Assembly (NCBI GenBank): GCA_963702405.1
Contig: CAVPCM010000011.1
Span: 97,683-161,682, forward strand
Direction of reading: 5' to 3'
From: an uncultured Actinomycetota bacterium
GTDB lineage: Bacteria; Actinomycetota; UBA4738; HRBIN12
DNA length: 64,000 nt
Under the pieces are notes generated by a model. That model saw nothing but the letters and a program-made list of their open reading frames with translations, was not told where the DNA came from and searched no databases. This document shows positions 38,076 through 50,838 of the stretch, one piece after another. Both the position numbers and the translations under genes were made by a program. Positions within the stretch are counted from its first letter, which is position 1. Each line of letters opens with the position of its first letter.

Positions 38076-39764
38076 CTAACCCCCGCCGCCTCCGCCTCCG
38101 CCCCCGTTCCCGCCCCCGCCGCCGTTCCCCGCCACGATCGCAAGGGTGCCGAACATCACATCGGGGTGAGCCTCGCAGAGGAAGTAGAGGTCGCCTTCCT
38201 CCTGGGGGTCGACCGGCAGGGGGTCCGTGTAGGTGCCGGGTTTCAGGTCCGTGGCAGCGATGTCCTCCCCATCTGCGTCCGGACGGATGGCGAAGTTGTG
38301 GGTCACGCCCTCGTCTTCGTTATTGAAGGTGATCGTGAATTCCTCCTCCGCCGGGGCGACGAGGCAGGTGGGCTCGAAAGCGGTCGTGGGTGCTGTCACC
38401 TCCAGCACCGGTTCCCCATCGTCGCCGCAATCCGGTGCCGGTCCCGCAGGAGCCGGGCTCGGCAGCGGGGTCGGGGCGGCGATCAGCAGTTCTGAGATCT
38501 CCCCGTACGTGCCGAGCCGGAGGTCGCCCTCGTCCGCGTCGTACCAGGCGACCCAGACCGATGAGCCGTCCTCGGTGATGGCCAGACTCGGGTTCACCCC
38601 GCTGCTCGTATCGGGGAGCTCGACCTCCTCGATCGCGCCGTCGGCCTGTGATGCCAGATGGATGCCCTCGCCGTCCTGCCAGGCGACCCAGACCGTCCCT
38701 TGCTGGTCGACCGCGACCCCCGTGCTGGGCGCCGTCGGCACGTCGGCGGACTGCTCTCCTTCGCCCGTCGCGAGCGTGGCGACCTCCCCCGCCGACCACG
38801 ACCCGGGTCGGCCGGTCGCGAGCGCCACCCCCGTCTCCGTGTAATAGGCGATCGCGGCCGTGTCGCCCGTCGTGGAAACCGACGCGCCGCCCGTGGCGTC
38901 GGTGGCCACCACCTCGGTCGTCCAGGCTCCTCCTTGCCGCAGTGCCGCGACCACCTCGCCGGAGAGTGGGTCGGCGGTCACCAGGAGCGGTTCGCCCCCG
39001 AGGAGGGCGAGTTGCGTTGCCGGCGGGCATCCCTCGCCGCACCGGGAGAGGGTGGCCACCGTGGTGACCCTCCAATTCTCGCCGACCCGCTCGGCCACCC
39101 GCACCTCCGGCTGGGCCCCGGCGGTCGTGTAGGCGACGATCGGTGCGCCGGCGCCGTCGACCACGACGGAGGGCGCGCCCGCCTCGGGGGTCTCCTCCAC
39201 GGCACCGATCTCGAACGGCGTGGGGCCGAACCCGTACCAGACGCCTTGGTCCGTGGTCCAGACGGCGTGGACGTCGCTGCCCGCGATCGCGACGTCGGTG
39301 CCCGCGGCCCGCTCCTTCGTCAGGCTCGCCAGCGAGGGTTCGGCGGCGGGCTCGAACGGAACGGGGACACCGGTCGGGGTGTCCCTCGGTTGGGCGATCG
39401 CGCCTCGGTTCCAGATCTGGTCGGGGTTGAGGCTCACCAGCAACACCGCGCCGGCGTCGTCACCGTCCTCGGTCGTGAGGAACGGCGAGCCGACGGGGCG
39501 CGCGATCGGGATCTCCCCCTCTTCCAGCTGCGCCGGGAACCCGTAGTAGGAGATGGTGGGGAGTCCTTCCGAGTCGAGAGCCACCGACGGCGCCAGCCCG
39601 ACGTCGTCGATCGAATCGGGGACCATCGGGATGAACTGCCGTCCCTCCGGGGCCTGCACCTCCGACGGGGGGATGCTTCCGCATGCCGTTGCGAGGACGA
39701 CCAGGGCCAGGGCCAGGGAGCGCGGAGACGGTCTCGACACGACGGGCCGCATCCTAGCAAGCAT
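38076..39764 (-). CDS. secreted lipoprotein with a beta-propeller-like region, C-terminal type-1 copper (cupredoxin) domain and poly-Gly tail
   Basis: lipobox LATAC; ...GVTHNFAI...YFLCEAHPDVMFGTLAIV (His, Cys, His, Met ligands); ...GNGGGGGNGGGGGGGGG*; the upstream part of ORF 38076..40805 is antisense-uvrA artifact. Confidence 0.6.
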   Translation of the reverse strand: MLARMRPVVSRPSPRSLALALVVLATACGSIPPSEVQAPEGRQFIPMVPDSIDDVGLAPSVALDSEGLPTISYYGFPAQLEEGEIPIARPVGSPFLTTEDGDDAGAVLLVSLNPDQIWNRGAIAQPRDTPTGVPVPFEPAAEPSLASLTKERAAGTDVAIAGSDVHAVWTTDQGVWYGFGPTPFEIGAVEETPEAGAPSVVVDGAGAPIVAYTTAGAQPEVRVAERVGENWRVTTVATLSRCGEGCPPATQLALLGGEPLLVTADPLSGEVVAALRQGGAWTTEVVATDATGGASVSTTGDTAAIAYYTETGVALATGRPGSWSAGEVATLATGEGEQSADVPTAPSTGVAVDQQGTVWVAWQDGEGIHLASQADGAIEEVELPDTSSGVNPSLAITEDGSSVWVAWYDADEGDLRLGTYGEISELLIAAPTPLPSPAPAGPAPDCGDDGEPVLEVTAPTTAFEPTCLVAPAEEEFTITFNNEDEGVTHNFAIRPDADGEDIAATDLKPGTYTDPLPVDPQEEGDLYFLCEAHPDVMFGTLAIVAGNGGGGGNGGGGGGGGG

Positions 39765-39784
39765 CCACAGCCGCTCTGTGACCC

Positions 39785-42640
39785 TCACGCGGAGGCGCCG
39801 ACGCCGACCGGCAGGACCCCCAAGACCTCCTCGAGGAACCGGCCCGTGTGGGACTCCGCGTTGGCCGCGATGGTCTCCGGGGGCCCCTCGGCCACGATGC
39901 GGCCGCCCTGGTCGCCGCCTTCGGGACCGAGGTCGATCAGCCAGTCGGCGGTCTTCACGACATCGAGGTTGTGCTCGATCACGAGCACCGTGTTCCCTGT
40001 GGCGACCAATCGTTGGAGGACCTGCAACAGCTTCCTGATGTCCTCGAAGTGGAGGCCGGTCGTGGGTTCGTCGAGGATGTAGACGGTGTTGCCGGTGGCG
40101 CGCTTGTGGAGCTCGCTCGACAGCTTGATCCGCTGCGCCTCCCCGCCGGAGAGCGTGGGGGCGGGCTGCCCGAGCTTGATGTAGCCCAGTCCGACGTCGG
40201 ACAGCGTCTGCATGTGTCGCTTGATCGGCGGGATGTTCTGGAAGAACTCGAGCGCCTCGTCGACGCTCATCTCGAGGACGTCGGAGACCGTGCGACCCTT
40301 GTACTTCACCTCGAGCGTCTCGCGGTTGTACCGGCGGCCCTTGCAGACCTCGCACGTCACGTAGACGTCCGGGAGGAAGTGCATCTCGATCTTGATCTGG
40401 CCGTCGCCGGCGCAGTTCTCGCACCGTCCCCCGCGAACGTTGAACGAGAAGCGCCCGGGCTGGTAGCCCCGGAGTCGGGCCTCCGGGACCTGAGCGAAGA
40501 GCTTGCGGACGTGATCCCAGACCCCCGTGTAGGTGGCCGGGTTCGACCGCGGCGTGCGTCCGATCGGCGACTGGTCGATGTCGATCACCTTGTCGACGTC
40601 TTCCCACCCGACCATCCGCCGGTGCTTGCCCGGCAACACCCGCGAGCGATACACCTTCTGCATCAGCGCGCGGAGCAGGACGTCCTGGACGAGGGTGGAC
40701 TTGCCGCTCCCACTCACGCCTGTGACGCACACCATCACACCGAGCGGGATCTTCACCGTGATGTCCTTCAGGTTGTGCTGCCGCACGCCCTCGAGGCGGA
40801 GCCACCGCTTCGGTGTGCGTCGTGACGACGGCAGGGGGATCGACCGTCTCCCGGAGAGATAGGCACCGGTGAGCGACTCATCGGATCCGAGCAGTCCCTT
40901 CAGGTCGCCCGAGTACACGATCCGACCACCGTGCTCCCCCGCCAGCGGGCCGATGTCCACGATGTGGTCGGCCTCGATGATGGTGGCCTCGTCGTGCTCG
41001 ACCACGATCAGCGTGTTCCCGAGGTCTCGGAGGCGGATCAGCGTGTCGAGCAAGCGGCGATTGTCCCGCTGGTGCAGACCGATCGAAGGCTCGTCCAGGA
41101 TGTAGAGCACGCCGACCAGGCCCGAGCCGATCTGGGTCGCGAGGCGGATCCGCTGCGCCTCTCCTCCCGCCAGCGTGCCCGCCGGCCGGGAGAGGGTCAG
41201 GTAATCGAGACCCACGTCGACGAGGAAACCGAGCCGGGCGCGGATCTCCTTCAGGAGCCTCTCGGCGATCATCTCCTCGCGCTCCGAGAGCGCCATCGAC
41301 TCGAGGAAGGACAGCGTCTTCCGGATCGACAGGTCGGTGAGCGCGGAGATATGGAGTCCGTCGACCGTGACCGCGAGCGTCTCCGGACGGAGCCGTGCAC
41401 CCTTGCACGACCGGCAGGGGGTCTCGCGCATGAACTGCTCGAGCTTCTCGCGCGAGGCGTCCGAGTCCGTTTCCTTGTGTCGCCGTTCGATGTTGGGGAG
41501 CACGCCCTCGTAGCTGGTGTAGTACGAGCGCTGTCGCCCGTAGCGGTTCTTGTAGCGGACGTAGATCTCCTCGTCGGATCCGAACAGCACGACGTCTCGC
41601 GCCCGCTTGGGGAGCTTCTTCCACGGTGTGTCGAGCGAGAAGCCATGGGCCTCGCCGACCGCCTCGAGGACCCGGTACCAGTACTCGAGGGTGTTGCTCG
41701 CCCAGGGCGCCAGCGCCCCTTCGTTGATGGAGAGGGTGGGGTCGGGTACCACGAGATCGGCGTCCACCTCGAGCCGGGTGCCGAGCCCGTCACAGGTAGG
41801 ACACGCCCCGTACGGCGAGTTGAACGAGAAGTTGCGAGGTGCCAGCTCGTCGAACGACAGCCCGCAGAACGTGCAGGCGAGCTTCTGCGAGAACGTCTGC
41901 AGCTCCTCGTGCCCTTCGTGGGTGGTCACCGCGATCGAGGCGATCCCCTCCGCCAGCTCGAGCGCGGTTTCGATGCTATCCGCGACACGCCGCCGGATCC
42001 CCTGCTTTGCGACGAGACGGTCGACGACGACCTCGATCGTGTGCTTGAAGTTCTTGGGGAGCCGGATCGACTCCGACAGCTCCCGGACCTCGCCGTCGAT
42101 CCGCGCGCGAGGGAAGCCCTTGCGCGCGAGCTCCTGGAGGAGCTTCTCGTACTCGCCCTTGCGACCGCGGATCACCGGCGCGAGGACCTGGAAGCGAGTG
42201 CCTTCGGGCAGCTGGAGGACCTGATCCACGATCTGGTCGGGCGTCTGCCGGCCGATCGGACGGCCGCAGTTGTAGCAATGAGGATGTCCGATGCGCGCGA
42301 ACAGCACGCGGAGGTAGTCGTAGACCTCGGTGATCGTGCCGACCGTGGACCGGGGGTTCCGCGATGTGGACTTCTGGTCGATCGAGATCGCCGGCGAGAG
42401 GCCCTCGATGAAGTCGACGTCCGGCTTCTCCATCTGGCCCAGGAACTGCCGGGCGTACGACGACAACGACTCCACGTAGCGACGCTGGCCTTCCGCGTAG
42501 ATCGTGTCGAATGCCAGGGACGACTTCCCGGAGCCTGACAGCCCCGTGAACACGATCAACTGGTCACGCGGCAGGTCGAGCGTGACGTTCTTGAGGTTGT
42601 GCTCACGGGCGCCGTGGATGACGAGTCTCTCGGAGCCCAC
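39785..42640 (-). CDS. uvrA: excinuclease ABC subunit A
   Basis: 951 aa, two ABC modules, zinc-finger Cys motifs. Confidence 0.95.
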   Translation of the reverse strand: MGSERLVIHGAREHNLKNVTLDLPRDQLIVFTGLSGSGKSSLAFDTIYAEGQRRYVESLSSYARQFLGQMEKPDVDFIEGLSPAISIDQKSTSRNPRSTVGTITEVYDYLRVLFARIGHPHCYNCGRPIGRQTPDQIVDQVLQLPEGTRFQVLAPVIRGRKGEYEKLLQELARKGFPRARIDGEVRELSESIRLPKNFKHTIEVVVDRLVAKQGIRRRVADSIETALELAEGIASIAVTTHEGHEELQTFSQKLACTFCGLSFDELAPRNFSFNSPYGACPTCDGLGTRLEVDADLVVPDPTLSINEGALAPWASNTLEYWYRVLEAVGEAHGFSLDTPWKKLPKRARDVVLFGSDEEIYVRYKNRYGRQRSYYTSYEGVLPNIERRHKETDSDASREKLEQFMRETPCRSCKGARLRPETLAVTVDGLHISALTDLSIRKTLSFLESMALSEREEMIAERLLKEIRARLGFLVDVGLDYLTLSRPAGTLAGGEAQRIRLATQIGSGLVGVLYILDEPSIGLHQRDNRRLLDTLIRLRDLGNTLIVVEHDEATIIEADHIVDIGPLAGEHGGRIVYSGDLKGLLGSDESLTGAYLSGRRSIPLPSSRRTPKRWLRLEGVRQHNLKDITVKIPLGVMVCVTGVSGSGKSTLVQDVLLRALMQKVYRSRVLPGKHRRMVGWEDVDKVIDIDQSPIGRTPRSNPATYTGVWDHVRKLFAQVPEARLRGYQPGRFSFNVRGGRCENCAGDGQIKIEMHFLPDVYVTCEVCKGRRYNRETLEVKYKGRTVSDVLEMSVDEALEFFQNIPPIKRHMQTLSDVGLGYIKLGQPAPTLSGGEAQRIKLSSELHKRATGNTVYILDEPTTGLHFEDIRKLLQVLQRLVATGNTVLVIEHNLDVVKTADWLIDLGPEGGDQGGRIVAEGPPETIAANAESHTGRFLEEVLGVLPVGVGASA

Positions 42641-42755
42641 GGACCGAGTGTACCGGCGGGCCGCGACACGCTCTTTCGTGGTGGGTTCTGGCCCCCCGCC
42701 GGGCCGATCGGCGGCAGTGGCGACGACCCGCTTCCTCCCCGCCTATCCTTCGCCC

Positions 42756-44729
42756 ATGGACAGGGACCTGCGTTCGTCGCCGCTGTACCAGGAGATCGAG
42801 GAGCACTTCCGGAAGGTCTACGAGCCCGGGTTCGGGAACGTCACCGAGGCGTCCGACCCTCGCCCCTCCCCCGACGGGCGGTCGGTCGCGTTCACCGGGT
42901 CCATCTGGGAGAAGCTCGAGGGAACGCCGAAGAGCCGCGTCTGCGTCGCGCCGGCTGACGGCGGCGGCGCCAGACCGGTGACCGCCGGGCCCGAGCACGA
43001 CGCCGGGGCTCGGTGGTCGCCCGACGGCCGGCGGCTCTCCTTCCTCTCCGACCGAAGAGAGAAGGGACGGATGCAGCTCTACGCGCTCGACGCGGATGCG
43101 CTCCGGGAAGCCGAGGCCCTACCCGAGGTGGAGGGGACGATCGAGGAGCACGCCTGGTCTCCGGACGGCTCACGGATCCTCGTGCGGACGGCCGGCATGC
43201 ACGCCGACGGGGCGGGAGCGGACGGCTCCGGTGCGCTCGCGAGCGAGAAGGATCTTCCCGACTGGGTCCCCGCCGTGGACTCCTGGGAGGACCGACAGGT
43301 TTGGCGCCGGCTCTGGGTGATCGAGGCGTCCTCCGGAGAGGTTCGAGCCCTCTCTCGGGAGGGCCTGAACGTCTGGGAGGCCGAATGGTGCGGTGACGGA
43401 GCCGTGGTCGCTGTGGCGTCGGAGGATCCCGGTGAGTCCGCCTGGTACATCGCGTCGGTCGTGCTGATCGATACCGCGACCGGCGACGATCGCGTGGTCG
43501 CCACGAGCAACATCCAGTTCGGGCTCCCGGTCGGCTCGCCCGACGGCTCGCGCGTGGCGGCGGTCGAGGCGCCCTGCAGTGACCGGCAGCTCGTGTCCGG
43601 CCGCGCCGTCGTGGTCGACGTGCCGAGCGGCGAACGTCGGACCATCGAGATGGAAGACGCCGACATCACGTGGCTGGGATGGCGCGCGGACGGCGCGCTG
43701 TCGTACGCCGCGCTGCGCCGGGGGGACACGGTGTTCGGAGACATCGATCCCGTCTTCGGCGACCGGACCGAAACCTGGTCGACGAGCGAGGCCGTGGGCG
43801 CCTGGGCTCCGTACGCGGCACCCCTCGGCGCCGACGGGTTCGCCTTCGTCCGGCAGGGTTTCGATCGGCCGATCGAGGTGGCGGTCGTGGAGGGCGGGGT
43901 GGACCGGACGGTCGCGTCGTTCCGACACCAGGGCCATGATCACGCCCGCGGCTTGGTCGGCCGAGTGGAACGGGTCACGTGGAACGCCCCCGACGGCCTC
44001 GAGATCGACGGCTTCCTGCTGACACCGCCGGGCGATGGACCGTTCCCGTTGATCCTCCACGTGCACGGCGGGCCGGTGTCGTCGTACATGGAGTCGTTCC
44101 CGCGTCCGTCCTTCGCCTGGCTGGTCTCCCGCGGCTACGCGATCCTTTTGCCGAACCCCCGGGGGTCGACGGGGCGCGGACGCGCGTTCCTCGAAGCGGT
44201 GATCGGCGACATGGGCGGTGCGGACGCCCGCGACGATCTCGCGGGCGTCGATGCGCTCGTCGAGCGTGGTATCGCCGATCCGGAACGGATCGGCGTCACC
44301 GGGGGGAGCTATGGGGGCTTCATGTCGTGCTGGCTCCCGGTGGTCGACCAGCGCTTCAAGGCGTCGGTCGCGGTCTCCCCCGTCACCGACTTCTACAGTC
44401 AGCACTGGAACAGCAATATCGGCACGTGGGATGCATGGTTCCTGGGCGGCGACCCGCAGGACGACGCGCCGCAGTACCGCGACCGCAGCCCGGTCTTCTT
44501 CGCGGATCGTGTCACCACGCCCACGCTGCTGACCGCGGGCACCGAGGACCGGTGCACGCCGCCGGGGCAGGCGATCGAGTTCTATCGCGCTCTCCTCGCG
44601 AACGGCGTGCCGGCCGAGGTCGCGATCTACCCGGGCGAGGGGCACGGGGTGCGGAAGCTCCCGGCGTACCTCGATCTCGTGGCTCGGACGACGGCCTGGT
44701 TCGAACGGTTCATGCCGGCGAGGGGCTAG
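42756..44729 (+). CDS. S9 family serine peptidase (prolyl oligopeptidase / acylaminoacyl peptidase-like)
   Basis: beta-propeller N-domain; GGSYGG nucleophile motif. Confidence 0.8.
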   Translation: MDRDLRSSPLYQEIEEHFRKVYEPGFGNVTEASDPRPSPDGRSVAFTGSIWEKLEGTPKSRVCVAPADGGGARPVTAGPEHDAGARWSPDGRRLSFLSDRREKGRMQLYALDADALREAEALPEVEGTIEEHAWSPDGSRILVRTAGMHADGAGADGSGALASEKDLPDWVPAVDSWEDRQVWRRLWVIEASSGEVRALSREGLNVWEAEWCGDGAVVAVASEDPGESAWYIASVVLIDTATGDDRVVATSNIQFGLPVGSPDGSRVAAVEAPCSDRQLVSGRAVVVDVPSGERRTIEMEDADITWLGWRADGALSYAALRRGDTVFGDIDPVFGDRTETWSTSEAVGAWAPYAAPLGADGFAFVRQGFDRPIEVAVVEGGVDRTVASFRHQGHDHARGLVGRVERVTWNAPDGLEIDGFLLTPPGDGPFPLILHVHGGPVSSYMESFPRPSFAWLVSRGYAILLPNPRGSTGRGRAFLEAVIGDMGGADARDDLAGVDALVERGIADPERIGVTGGSYGGFMSCWLPVVDQRFKASVAVSPVTDFYSQHWNSNIGTWDAWFLGGDPQDDAPQYRDRSPVFFADRVTTPTLLTAGTEDRCTPPGQAIEFYRALLANGVPAEVAIYPGEGHGVRKLPAYLDLVARTTAWFERFMPARG

Positions 44730-45874
44730 TGGACCTCACCGCATGGCGGGACGAGTTCCCCGTGCTGGAGCGGAAGGCGTACCTGATCAGCGCCTCCCTG
44801 GGTCCCGTCTCCCGGCGGTCGAGGGCCTACCTCGAGGAGTACCTGGACGCGTGGGGCTCCAAAGGTGCGCCGGATCTCGTCTGGCTCGAGAACATCTTCC
44901 CGCGGATGGCGGGGCTCAAGCGCTCGTTCTCGGAGCTCGCGGGCTGCGATCCCGACGAGGTGGCGCTCACCACGAACATCTCGATCGCGCTGTCGACGAT
45001 CGCGTCGTGCCTCGACCTGTCCGGCGAACGCCGGATCGTGATCCTGTCCGAGCTCGACTTCCCGACCGACGGCCAGGTGTGGATCGCGTGGGCGCGGAAG
45101 GCGGGCGCCGAGATCCGATGGCTGCGCAGTCCCGACGGCCTGACGATCCCGCTGGAGGAGTACGACCGGGCGATCGACGAGCGGACCGCGCTCGTCATGG
45201 TGAATCGGGTCCTCTACCGGTCCAGCGCGATCTTGGACGCGAAGGCCGTGTGCGCGATCGCCCGCGATCGGGGGGCTCTCTCGTTCGTCGACGACTACCA
45301 CGGGCTCGGGATCGTCCCGCTCGACCTCCACGACCTCGGGTGCGACCTCTACACGGCCGGCGTTCTCAAGTGGATGCTCGGCGGGCCGGGGCTCGTGTTC
45401 CTCTACGCGCGGCGCGATCTGCTCCCCTCGCTCGAGCCCGCTATCACGGGGTGGTTCGGGCAGCGAGAGCCGTTCGCCTTCGATGTGGAGCACCTCGACT
45501 ATCACCCCACGGCGCGCCGCCTGGAGCACGGCACGCCCCCGGCCCCCGTGTTCTTCATCGCGCAGGGCGGGATCGACATCATCTCGGAGGTGGGACCCGC
45601 CGCGATCCGCGCCCGGAACGGCGAGCTCTCCGACCACGTCATCGCCCGGGCGGACGAAGCGGGCCTCGAGGTGCGCACGCCGCGGGATCGCCACGCGCGA
45701 GGCGGCGTCGTGAACGTGAAGGTCGGGCCCGAGGCGGAGAAGATCTGCCACGAGCTCCTGGCGCGGGACGTCTGCACGGACTACCGCGGCGATGGCCTGC
45801 GGATCAGCCCGCACTTCTTCAACACCGAGGAGGACGTCGACCGCTGCTTCGACGAGCTCCGGCGGCTCGTCTGA
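44729..45874 (+). CDS. class V aminotransferase-fold PLP enzyme
   Basis: GTG start overlaps the peptidase stop; fold-level assignment only. Confidence 0.65.
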   Translation: MDLTAWRDEFPVLERKAYLISASLGPVSRRSRAYLEEYLDAWGSKGAPDLVWLENIFPRMAGLKRSFSELAGCDPDEVALTTNISIALSTIASCLDLSGERRIVILSELDFPTDGQVWIAWARKAGAEIRWLRSPDGLTIPLEEYDRAIDERTALVMVNRVLYRSSAILDAKAVCAIARDRGALSFVDDYHGLGIVPLDLHDLGCDLYTAGVLKWMLGGPGLVFLYARRDLLPSLEPAITGWFGQREPFAFDVEHLDYHPTARRLEHGTPPAPVFFIAQGGIDIISEVGPAAIRARNGELSDHVIARADEAGLEVRTPRDRHARGGVVNVKVGPEAEKICHELLARDVCTDYRGDGLRISPHFFNTEEDVDRCFDELRRLV

Positions 45875-45877
45875 CAG

Positions 45878-46960
45878 TCAGCGAACGAGGACGTGGACCC
45901 GCTGGGGCATGTTGTTCATGAAGCCCCCGTAGTTCCAAGGCGGGTCCGTCGGCTGGACGTTCCCGGCCTCATCGGTCGCACGGACGACGAGTTCGTGCTC
46001 CCCCGGTGTCGCCTCCCAGTCGAACGACCACGCACGCCACGACGAGGAGGACTCGGGCCTCGGACTCAGCTCCGCCTCGCCCCACGTCTCGCCCCCGTCC
46101 CCGCTCACTTCGACCCGGACGATGTGTGCCCAGCCGGACCACGCCCGGCCGATCAGCTCGGTCGTGCCCGTGTCGACGAACCGCTGTCGCGCAGGGAAGT
46201 CGCTGAAGCCCGGCGGCAACATGAGCGCTCGGACTGCCTTCCTCGTGATGCGCTTGCCAGGGCCGTCCGGCTCCTGTCGGAGCTGATAGGCGGAGACCTG
46301 GAAGCCGTCGAACGGTTGGGCCACGGCCGTGATGCGCTGGAGCCATTTGACGCTGCACATCCCGTACCAGTCGGGAACGAGCAGCCGGACCGGGTAGCCG
46401 TGCTGCGGCGGGAGCGGCTGGCCGTTGACCTCGTACGCGAGCAGGACGTCGTCGCGCACGATGTCGGCCAACGGGAAACCCCATTGGTAGTCCTGCTCGA
46501 CGTCTCCCTGTATCCCGTGGTCGGCGCCGGTGAAAACGATCTCGACGGCCTCGAGCTGTAGTCCGGCTTCCTCGAGGATCGGCGGGAGCGGCGTCCCGGT
46601 CCACTCGGCGTTCCCGATCGCCCCGTCGAGCCACGGCTGGCTCTCGGCACGCGGGGGCATCAGCGCCCGCCCATTGCCGGCGCACTCCATCGTCACGGGG
46701 CGTGTGACCGTCGGCCGTGAGCGGATGTCGTCCATCGAGAGCGTCAAGGGGCGATCGACGAGGCCGTCGACGTCCACGGTCCATGCCGTCTCGTCCGCCG
46801 CGGGGATGTCCCAGTGGATCACGAGGTAGTGCATCCCGATCGGCGTGACGTCGTAGCGCAGTCCCTCGAGTTGCATCCCGTGGTTCCGCGCAGCCTGGCC
46901 GAGCTCGTGCCGGGTGACGCCCTGCCACGTCGTCGTGTCGCTCTGGACCATCCCGATCAC
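45878..46960 (-). CDS. sulfite oxidase-family molybdopterin oxidoreductase
   Basis: Oxidored_molyb + Mo-co dimerisation-like sequence (...PVTMECAGNGR...). Confidence 0.7.
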   Translation of the reverse strand: MIGMVQSDTTTWQGVTRHELGQAARNHGMQLEGLRYDVTPIGMHYLVIHWDIPAADETAWTVDVDGLVDRPLTLSMDDIRSRPTVTRPVTMECAGNGRALMPPRAESQPWLDGAIGNAEWTGTPLPPILEEAGLQLEAVEIVFTGADHGIQGDVEQDYQWGFPLADIVRDDVLLAYEVNGQPLPPQHGYPVRLLVPDWYGMCSVKWLQRITAVAQPFDGFQVSAYQLRQEPDGPGKRITRKAVRALMLPPGFSDFPARQRFVDTGTTELIGRAWSGWAHIVRVEVSGDGGETWGEAELSPRPESSSSWRAWSFDWEATPGEHELVVRATDEAGNVQPTDPPWNYGGFMNNMPQRVHVLVR

Positions 46961-46997
46961 CCCCAGGCGTGTATCGTCCCACGCCTCGTCGAGCGGG

Positions 46998-48033
46998 TCA
47001 GCCCCCGGCGACGACCCGGCCGGCGCGGATCACGAGCGTGACCTCGTCGAACGCTCGCAGATCCTCGAGCGGGCTCTGGCGGAGGGCGATCAGGTCCGCG
47101 GGGGCGTCGGGTGCGAGCGGCGCCCGGATCATCGCCTCGAGGACCTCCTCCGGCTCCAAGCCCGACTCCACCATGAGGAGCGCCTCCCGCGTGTGGATCC
47201 CGGGCGGGATCGAGCCGTTCCCGAGATCCGTGCCGTAGACGATCGTTCCCCCCGCCACGTGGAAGCGACGGAGGTTGTCGAGGGCCGTGCGGATCTCGGG
47301 GGTGTCGCGGCCGAAGCTCGAGATGTCGAGCGTGGAGACGATCCGCATCTGCGCCGCGGCTGATCCGATCACCTGGTCCGACAACCGGGTCCACGGCGTG
47401 TGGGCGAGCTCGTCCACCCCCGCGCCGAGCGCGCGCTCGACCTGCCCCTTGCCCTGCGTGTGCGCGGTGACCAGGAGGTCGGCGGCATGGGCGGCGTCGC
47501 AGATCGCCGACAGCTCTCCGTCCGTGGGCGTGGGGCCGGCGTCCGCGTTCAGCGCCACCTTGATCGCGGCAGCCCCGAGCCGCGCGAGCTCTTCCACGGC
47601 CGCCGCGGCGTCGTCCGTGCCCTTGATCTCGCGCCCGGTCCCGGGCGGCGCCCAGGAGTCCTGGGTGGGGTACCCACCGGGGCCGGTCAGCATCGGCCCG
47701 GCAGCCTTGATCAACGGCCCGTCGAAGGACGGCATCTCGGACGCGTCGGCGAGCGAGAAGATCCGCTCGACCGGCCACGCGAGGTCGCGGACCGCGGTCA
47801 CGCCGCCGGCGAGCACCGCCGCCGGGTCCGACAGCTCGATGTGCACATGGCGATCCGCCACCGCGGGCATCACGAAGCCGTCGACGACGATCTCCCGGTC
47901 GGCCGCGTCGACGCCGGTGGCCGCGCCTGCGTACGTGATCGTGCCTCCTTCACTGACGATCTGGACGTCTTCCAGGAACCCGCCCGGCCCCAGCCACCCG
48001 GCGGGGGCGCGAACGGAGAGGCGGTTCACGCCC
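46998..48033 (-). CDS. amidohydrolase family protein
   Basis: ...[16 protein letters not shown]... metal-binding HxH; the long ORF 46998..49412 is antisense-uvrB artifact. Confidence 0.6.
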
Positions 48034-50050
48034 CGACCCCGGCCGCGCGGAGGGCCTTGAGCTCCTTGCGGAGGTCGACCACCTCGTCGCGCAGCCGAGC
48101 GGCGTACTCGAAACGGAGGTCCTTCGCCGCCTGGTGCATCTCCTCTTCGAGCTCGAGCAGGAGGCGCTCGAGCTCCTCCTGCGGCATCTCCGGCCGGGCC
48201 ACACGCTGTCGCCGCTCCTTCCGCGGCGAGGTGGCGCGCTTGGCCGGATCCTCGGAGATCGAGAGCAGGATGTCGTGCACGCGCCTCCGGATCGTCGTGG
48301 GATCGATGCCGTGCTCCGTGTTGTAGGCCTCCTGGATCATCCGTCGGCGCTGGGTCTCGCTGATCGCGGTCTTCATCGAGTCGGTGACGGCGTCCGCGTA
48401 CATCAGGACCGTGCCGTCGACGTTGCGCGCCGCCCGTCCGATCGTCTGGATCAGCGAGGTGTCGGAGCGCAAGAACCCTTCCTTGTCGGCATCGAGGATC
48501 GCCACCAGGGACACCTCGGGCAGGTCGAGTCCCTCGCGGAGCAGGTTGATCCCCACGAGGACGTCGAACTCTCCCAGCCGGAGGTCGCGGATGATCTCGA
48601 TCCGCTGGATCGTGTCGACCTCCGAGTGGAGGTAGCGCACGCGGATCCCCATCTCGATCAGGTAGTCCGTGAGGTCCTCCGCCATCTTCTTGGTGAGGGT
48701 CGTCACCAGCACCCGCTGCTCCGCCTCGGCTCGGCGGCGGATCTCCTCGATCAGGTCGTCGACCTGACCCTTGGTCGGCCGGATCTCGACCTCCGGGTCG
48801 ATCAGGCCGGTGGGCCGGACGATCTGTTCCACGATCCGGTCCGACACCTTCAGCTCCCAGGGGCCCGGCGTTGCGGACATGTACACGATCTGGTGGACCC
48901 GCTCCTGGAACTCCTCGAAACGGAGCGGACGGTTGTCGATCGCGCTCGGCAACCGGAACCCGAAGTCCACGAGCGTGGACTTCCGCGAGATGTCGCCCTC
49001 GTACATGCCGTGGAGCTGTGGCACCGTCACGTGCGACTCGTCGATCACGACGAGGTAGTCGTCCGGGAAGTAGTCGAGGAGCGTGTACGGGGCGCTCCCG
49101 GCAGCCCGCCCGTCGATGTGCCGCGAGTAGTTCTCGATCCCCGAGCAGAAGCCGACCTCCCTGAGCATCTCGAGGTCGTACATGGTGCGCATCCGGAGCC
49201 GCTCCGCCTCGAGCAGCTTGCTCTGGGACTCGAGCTCGGCGAGACGCTCGTGCAGCTCCTCCTCGATCGTGACGAGGGCGCGCTCCATCCGCTCGTCGCT
49301 CGCGACGTAGTGCGATGCCGGGAACGTGGTGAGGTCGGTGACGGTGTCGGTCAGGAGCTCCCCGGTGAGTGGGTCGAACCGGCTGATCCGCTCGATCGTC
49401 TCGCCCCACCATTCGACCCGGTACCCGACCTGCTCGTAGCTCGGGAAGACCTCGAGGGTGTCGCCCTGTACGCGGAACGTGCCGCGGGCGCGGCTCACGT
49501 TGTTCCGCTGGTACTGGATGTCGACGAGGCGCTGCATCGCGAACTCCATGGGGAGGTCCGTGCCGCGGACCGTTCGCAGGAGCTGTCCTTCGTACTGCTC
49601 CGGCGACCCTAGGCCGTAGATGCAGGAGACGCTGGCCACGATCAGGACGTCGCGGCGGGAGAGCAGTGCGGCGGTGGCCGAATGCCGCAGGCGCTCGATC
49701 TCGTCGTTCACCGACGAGTCCTTCTCGATGTAGGTGTCCGTCTGCGGGACGTAGGCCTCGGGCTGGTAGTAGTCGTAGTAGCTCACGAAGTACTCGACCG
49801 CGTTCTCGGGGAAGACCTCGCGGAACTCATTCGCCAGCTGTGCCGCGAGCGACTTGTTGGGGGCGATCACGAGCGTGGGTCTCTGGACCCGTTCGACGAG
49901 GTGGGCGACGGTGAACGTCTTCCCCGTGCCCGTCGCCCCCAGCAGGGTGACGTGTTCCTGACCCGCCTGCACGCCGTCGACGAGCTGTTCGATCGCCTCC
50001 GGCTGGTCGCCGGACGGGCGGAACTCGGACGTGATCCTGAACGGCGGCAT
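48026..50050 (-). CDS. uvrB: excinuclease ABC subunit B
   Basis: full-length helicase-like [11 protein letters not shown]. Confidence 0.95.
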   Translation of the reverse strand: MPPFRITSEFRPSGDQPEAIEQLVDGVQAGQEHVTLLGATGTGKTFTVAHLVERVQRPTLVIAPNKSLAAQLANEFREVFPENAVEYFVSYYDYYQPEAYVPQTDTYIEKDSSVNDEIERLRHSATAALLSRRDVLIVASVSCIYGLGSPEQYEGQLLRTVRGTDLPMEFAMQRLVDIQYQRNNVSRARGTFRVQGDTLEVFPSYEQVGYRVEWWGETIERISRFDPLTGELLTDTVTDLTTFPASHYVASDERMERALVTIEEELHERLAELESQSKLLEAERLRMRTMYDLEMLREVGFCSGIENYSRHIDGRAAGSAPYTLLDYFPDDYLVVIDESHVTVPQLHGMYEGDISRKSTLVDFGFRLPSAIDNRPLRFEEFQERVHQIVYMSATPGPWELKVSDRIVEQIVRPTGLIDPEVEIRPTKGQVDDLIEEIRRRAEAEQRVLVTTLTKKMAEDLTDYLIEMGIRVRYLHSEVDTIQRIEIIRDLRLGEFDVLVGINLLREGLDLPEVSLVAILDADKEGFLRSDTSLIQTIGRAARNVDGTVLMYADAVTDSMKTAISETQRRRMIQEAYNTEHGIDPTTIRRRVHDILLSISEDPAKRATSPRKERRQRVARPEMPQEELERLLLELEEEMHQAAKDLRFEYAARLRDEVVDLRKELKALRAAGVGA

Positions 50051-50089
50051 GGGCCGCCAGTGTAGGGCGGCTCGGGGACAACCCCGGAC

Positions 50090-50838
50090 CTACATACGGC
50101 CCGCGGCGATGATCCGGTCGAGGAACCGGCGGGTGGCCTCCTCGCGGGGTTCGGAGAACATCTGCTGCGGCGGACCTTCCTCCAGGATGCGCCCCGCCTC
50201 CAGGAAGGCGACCCGGTGCGCGACGTCCCGAGCGAACCCCATCTCGTGGGTGGCGATCACCATCGTCATCCCCGCGGCCGCGAGCTCCCGTATCGCGTCG
50301 AGGACCTCCGCGACGAGCACGGGGTCGAGCGCGCTCGTGATCTCGTCGAGCAGCATCACGTCGGGGTCCATCGCGAGCGCGCGGGCGATCGCCACGCGCT
50401 GCTGCTGACCGCCGGACAATCGGTCGGGGTACTCCTCCGCCTTGCCGGCGAGCCCGAACCTGCCGAGGAGCTCGGTCGCTTTCGCTCGGGCCTCCGCCGC
50501 CGACCGGCCGAGCGACTTCTCCTGGGCGAGCGTGACGTTCCGCATCACCGTCATGTGCGGGAACAGGTTGAACGCCTGGAACACGATCCCGATCCGCCGG
50601 CGTACCGCGTTCTGGTCGACGCCGGCCGCGGTGACCTCATCGCCCTCGATCCAGATACGGCCGGCGTCGACCTGCTCGAGGAGGTCGATGCACCGCAACA
50701 GCGTTGACTTCCCGGAACCGCTCGCCCCGATCAGGCCCGATGACCTCGTGGTCCTCGACCACGAGATCGATGTCCCGCAGCACTTCGAGCTCCCCGAACG
50801 CCTTGCGCACACCCTGGATGCGAACGGCTTCGGTCATG
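50090..50838 (-). CDS. amino-acid ABC transporter ATP-binding protein (GlnQ type) with an N-terminal frameshift near 50710
   Basis: MTEAVRIQGVRKAFGELEVLRDIDLVVEDHEVIG in the frame of ORF 50637..51380, then [16 protein letters not shown]... in ORF 50090..50812. Confidence 0.6.
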
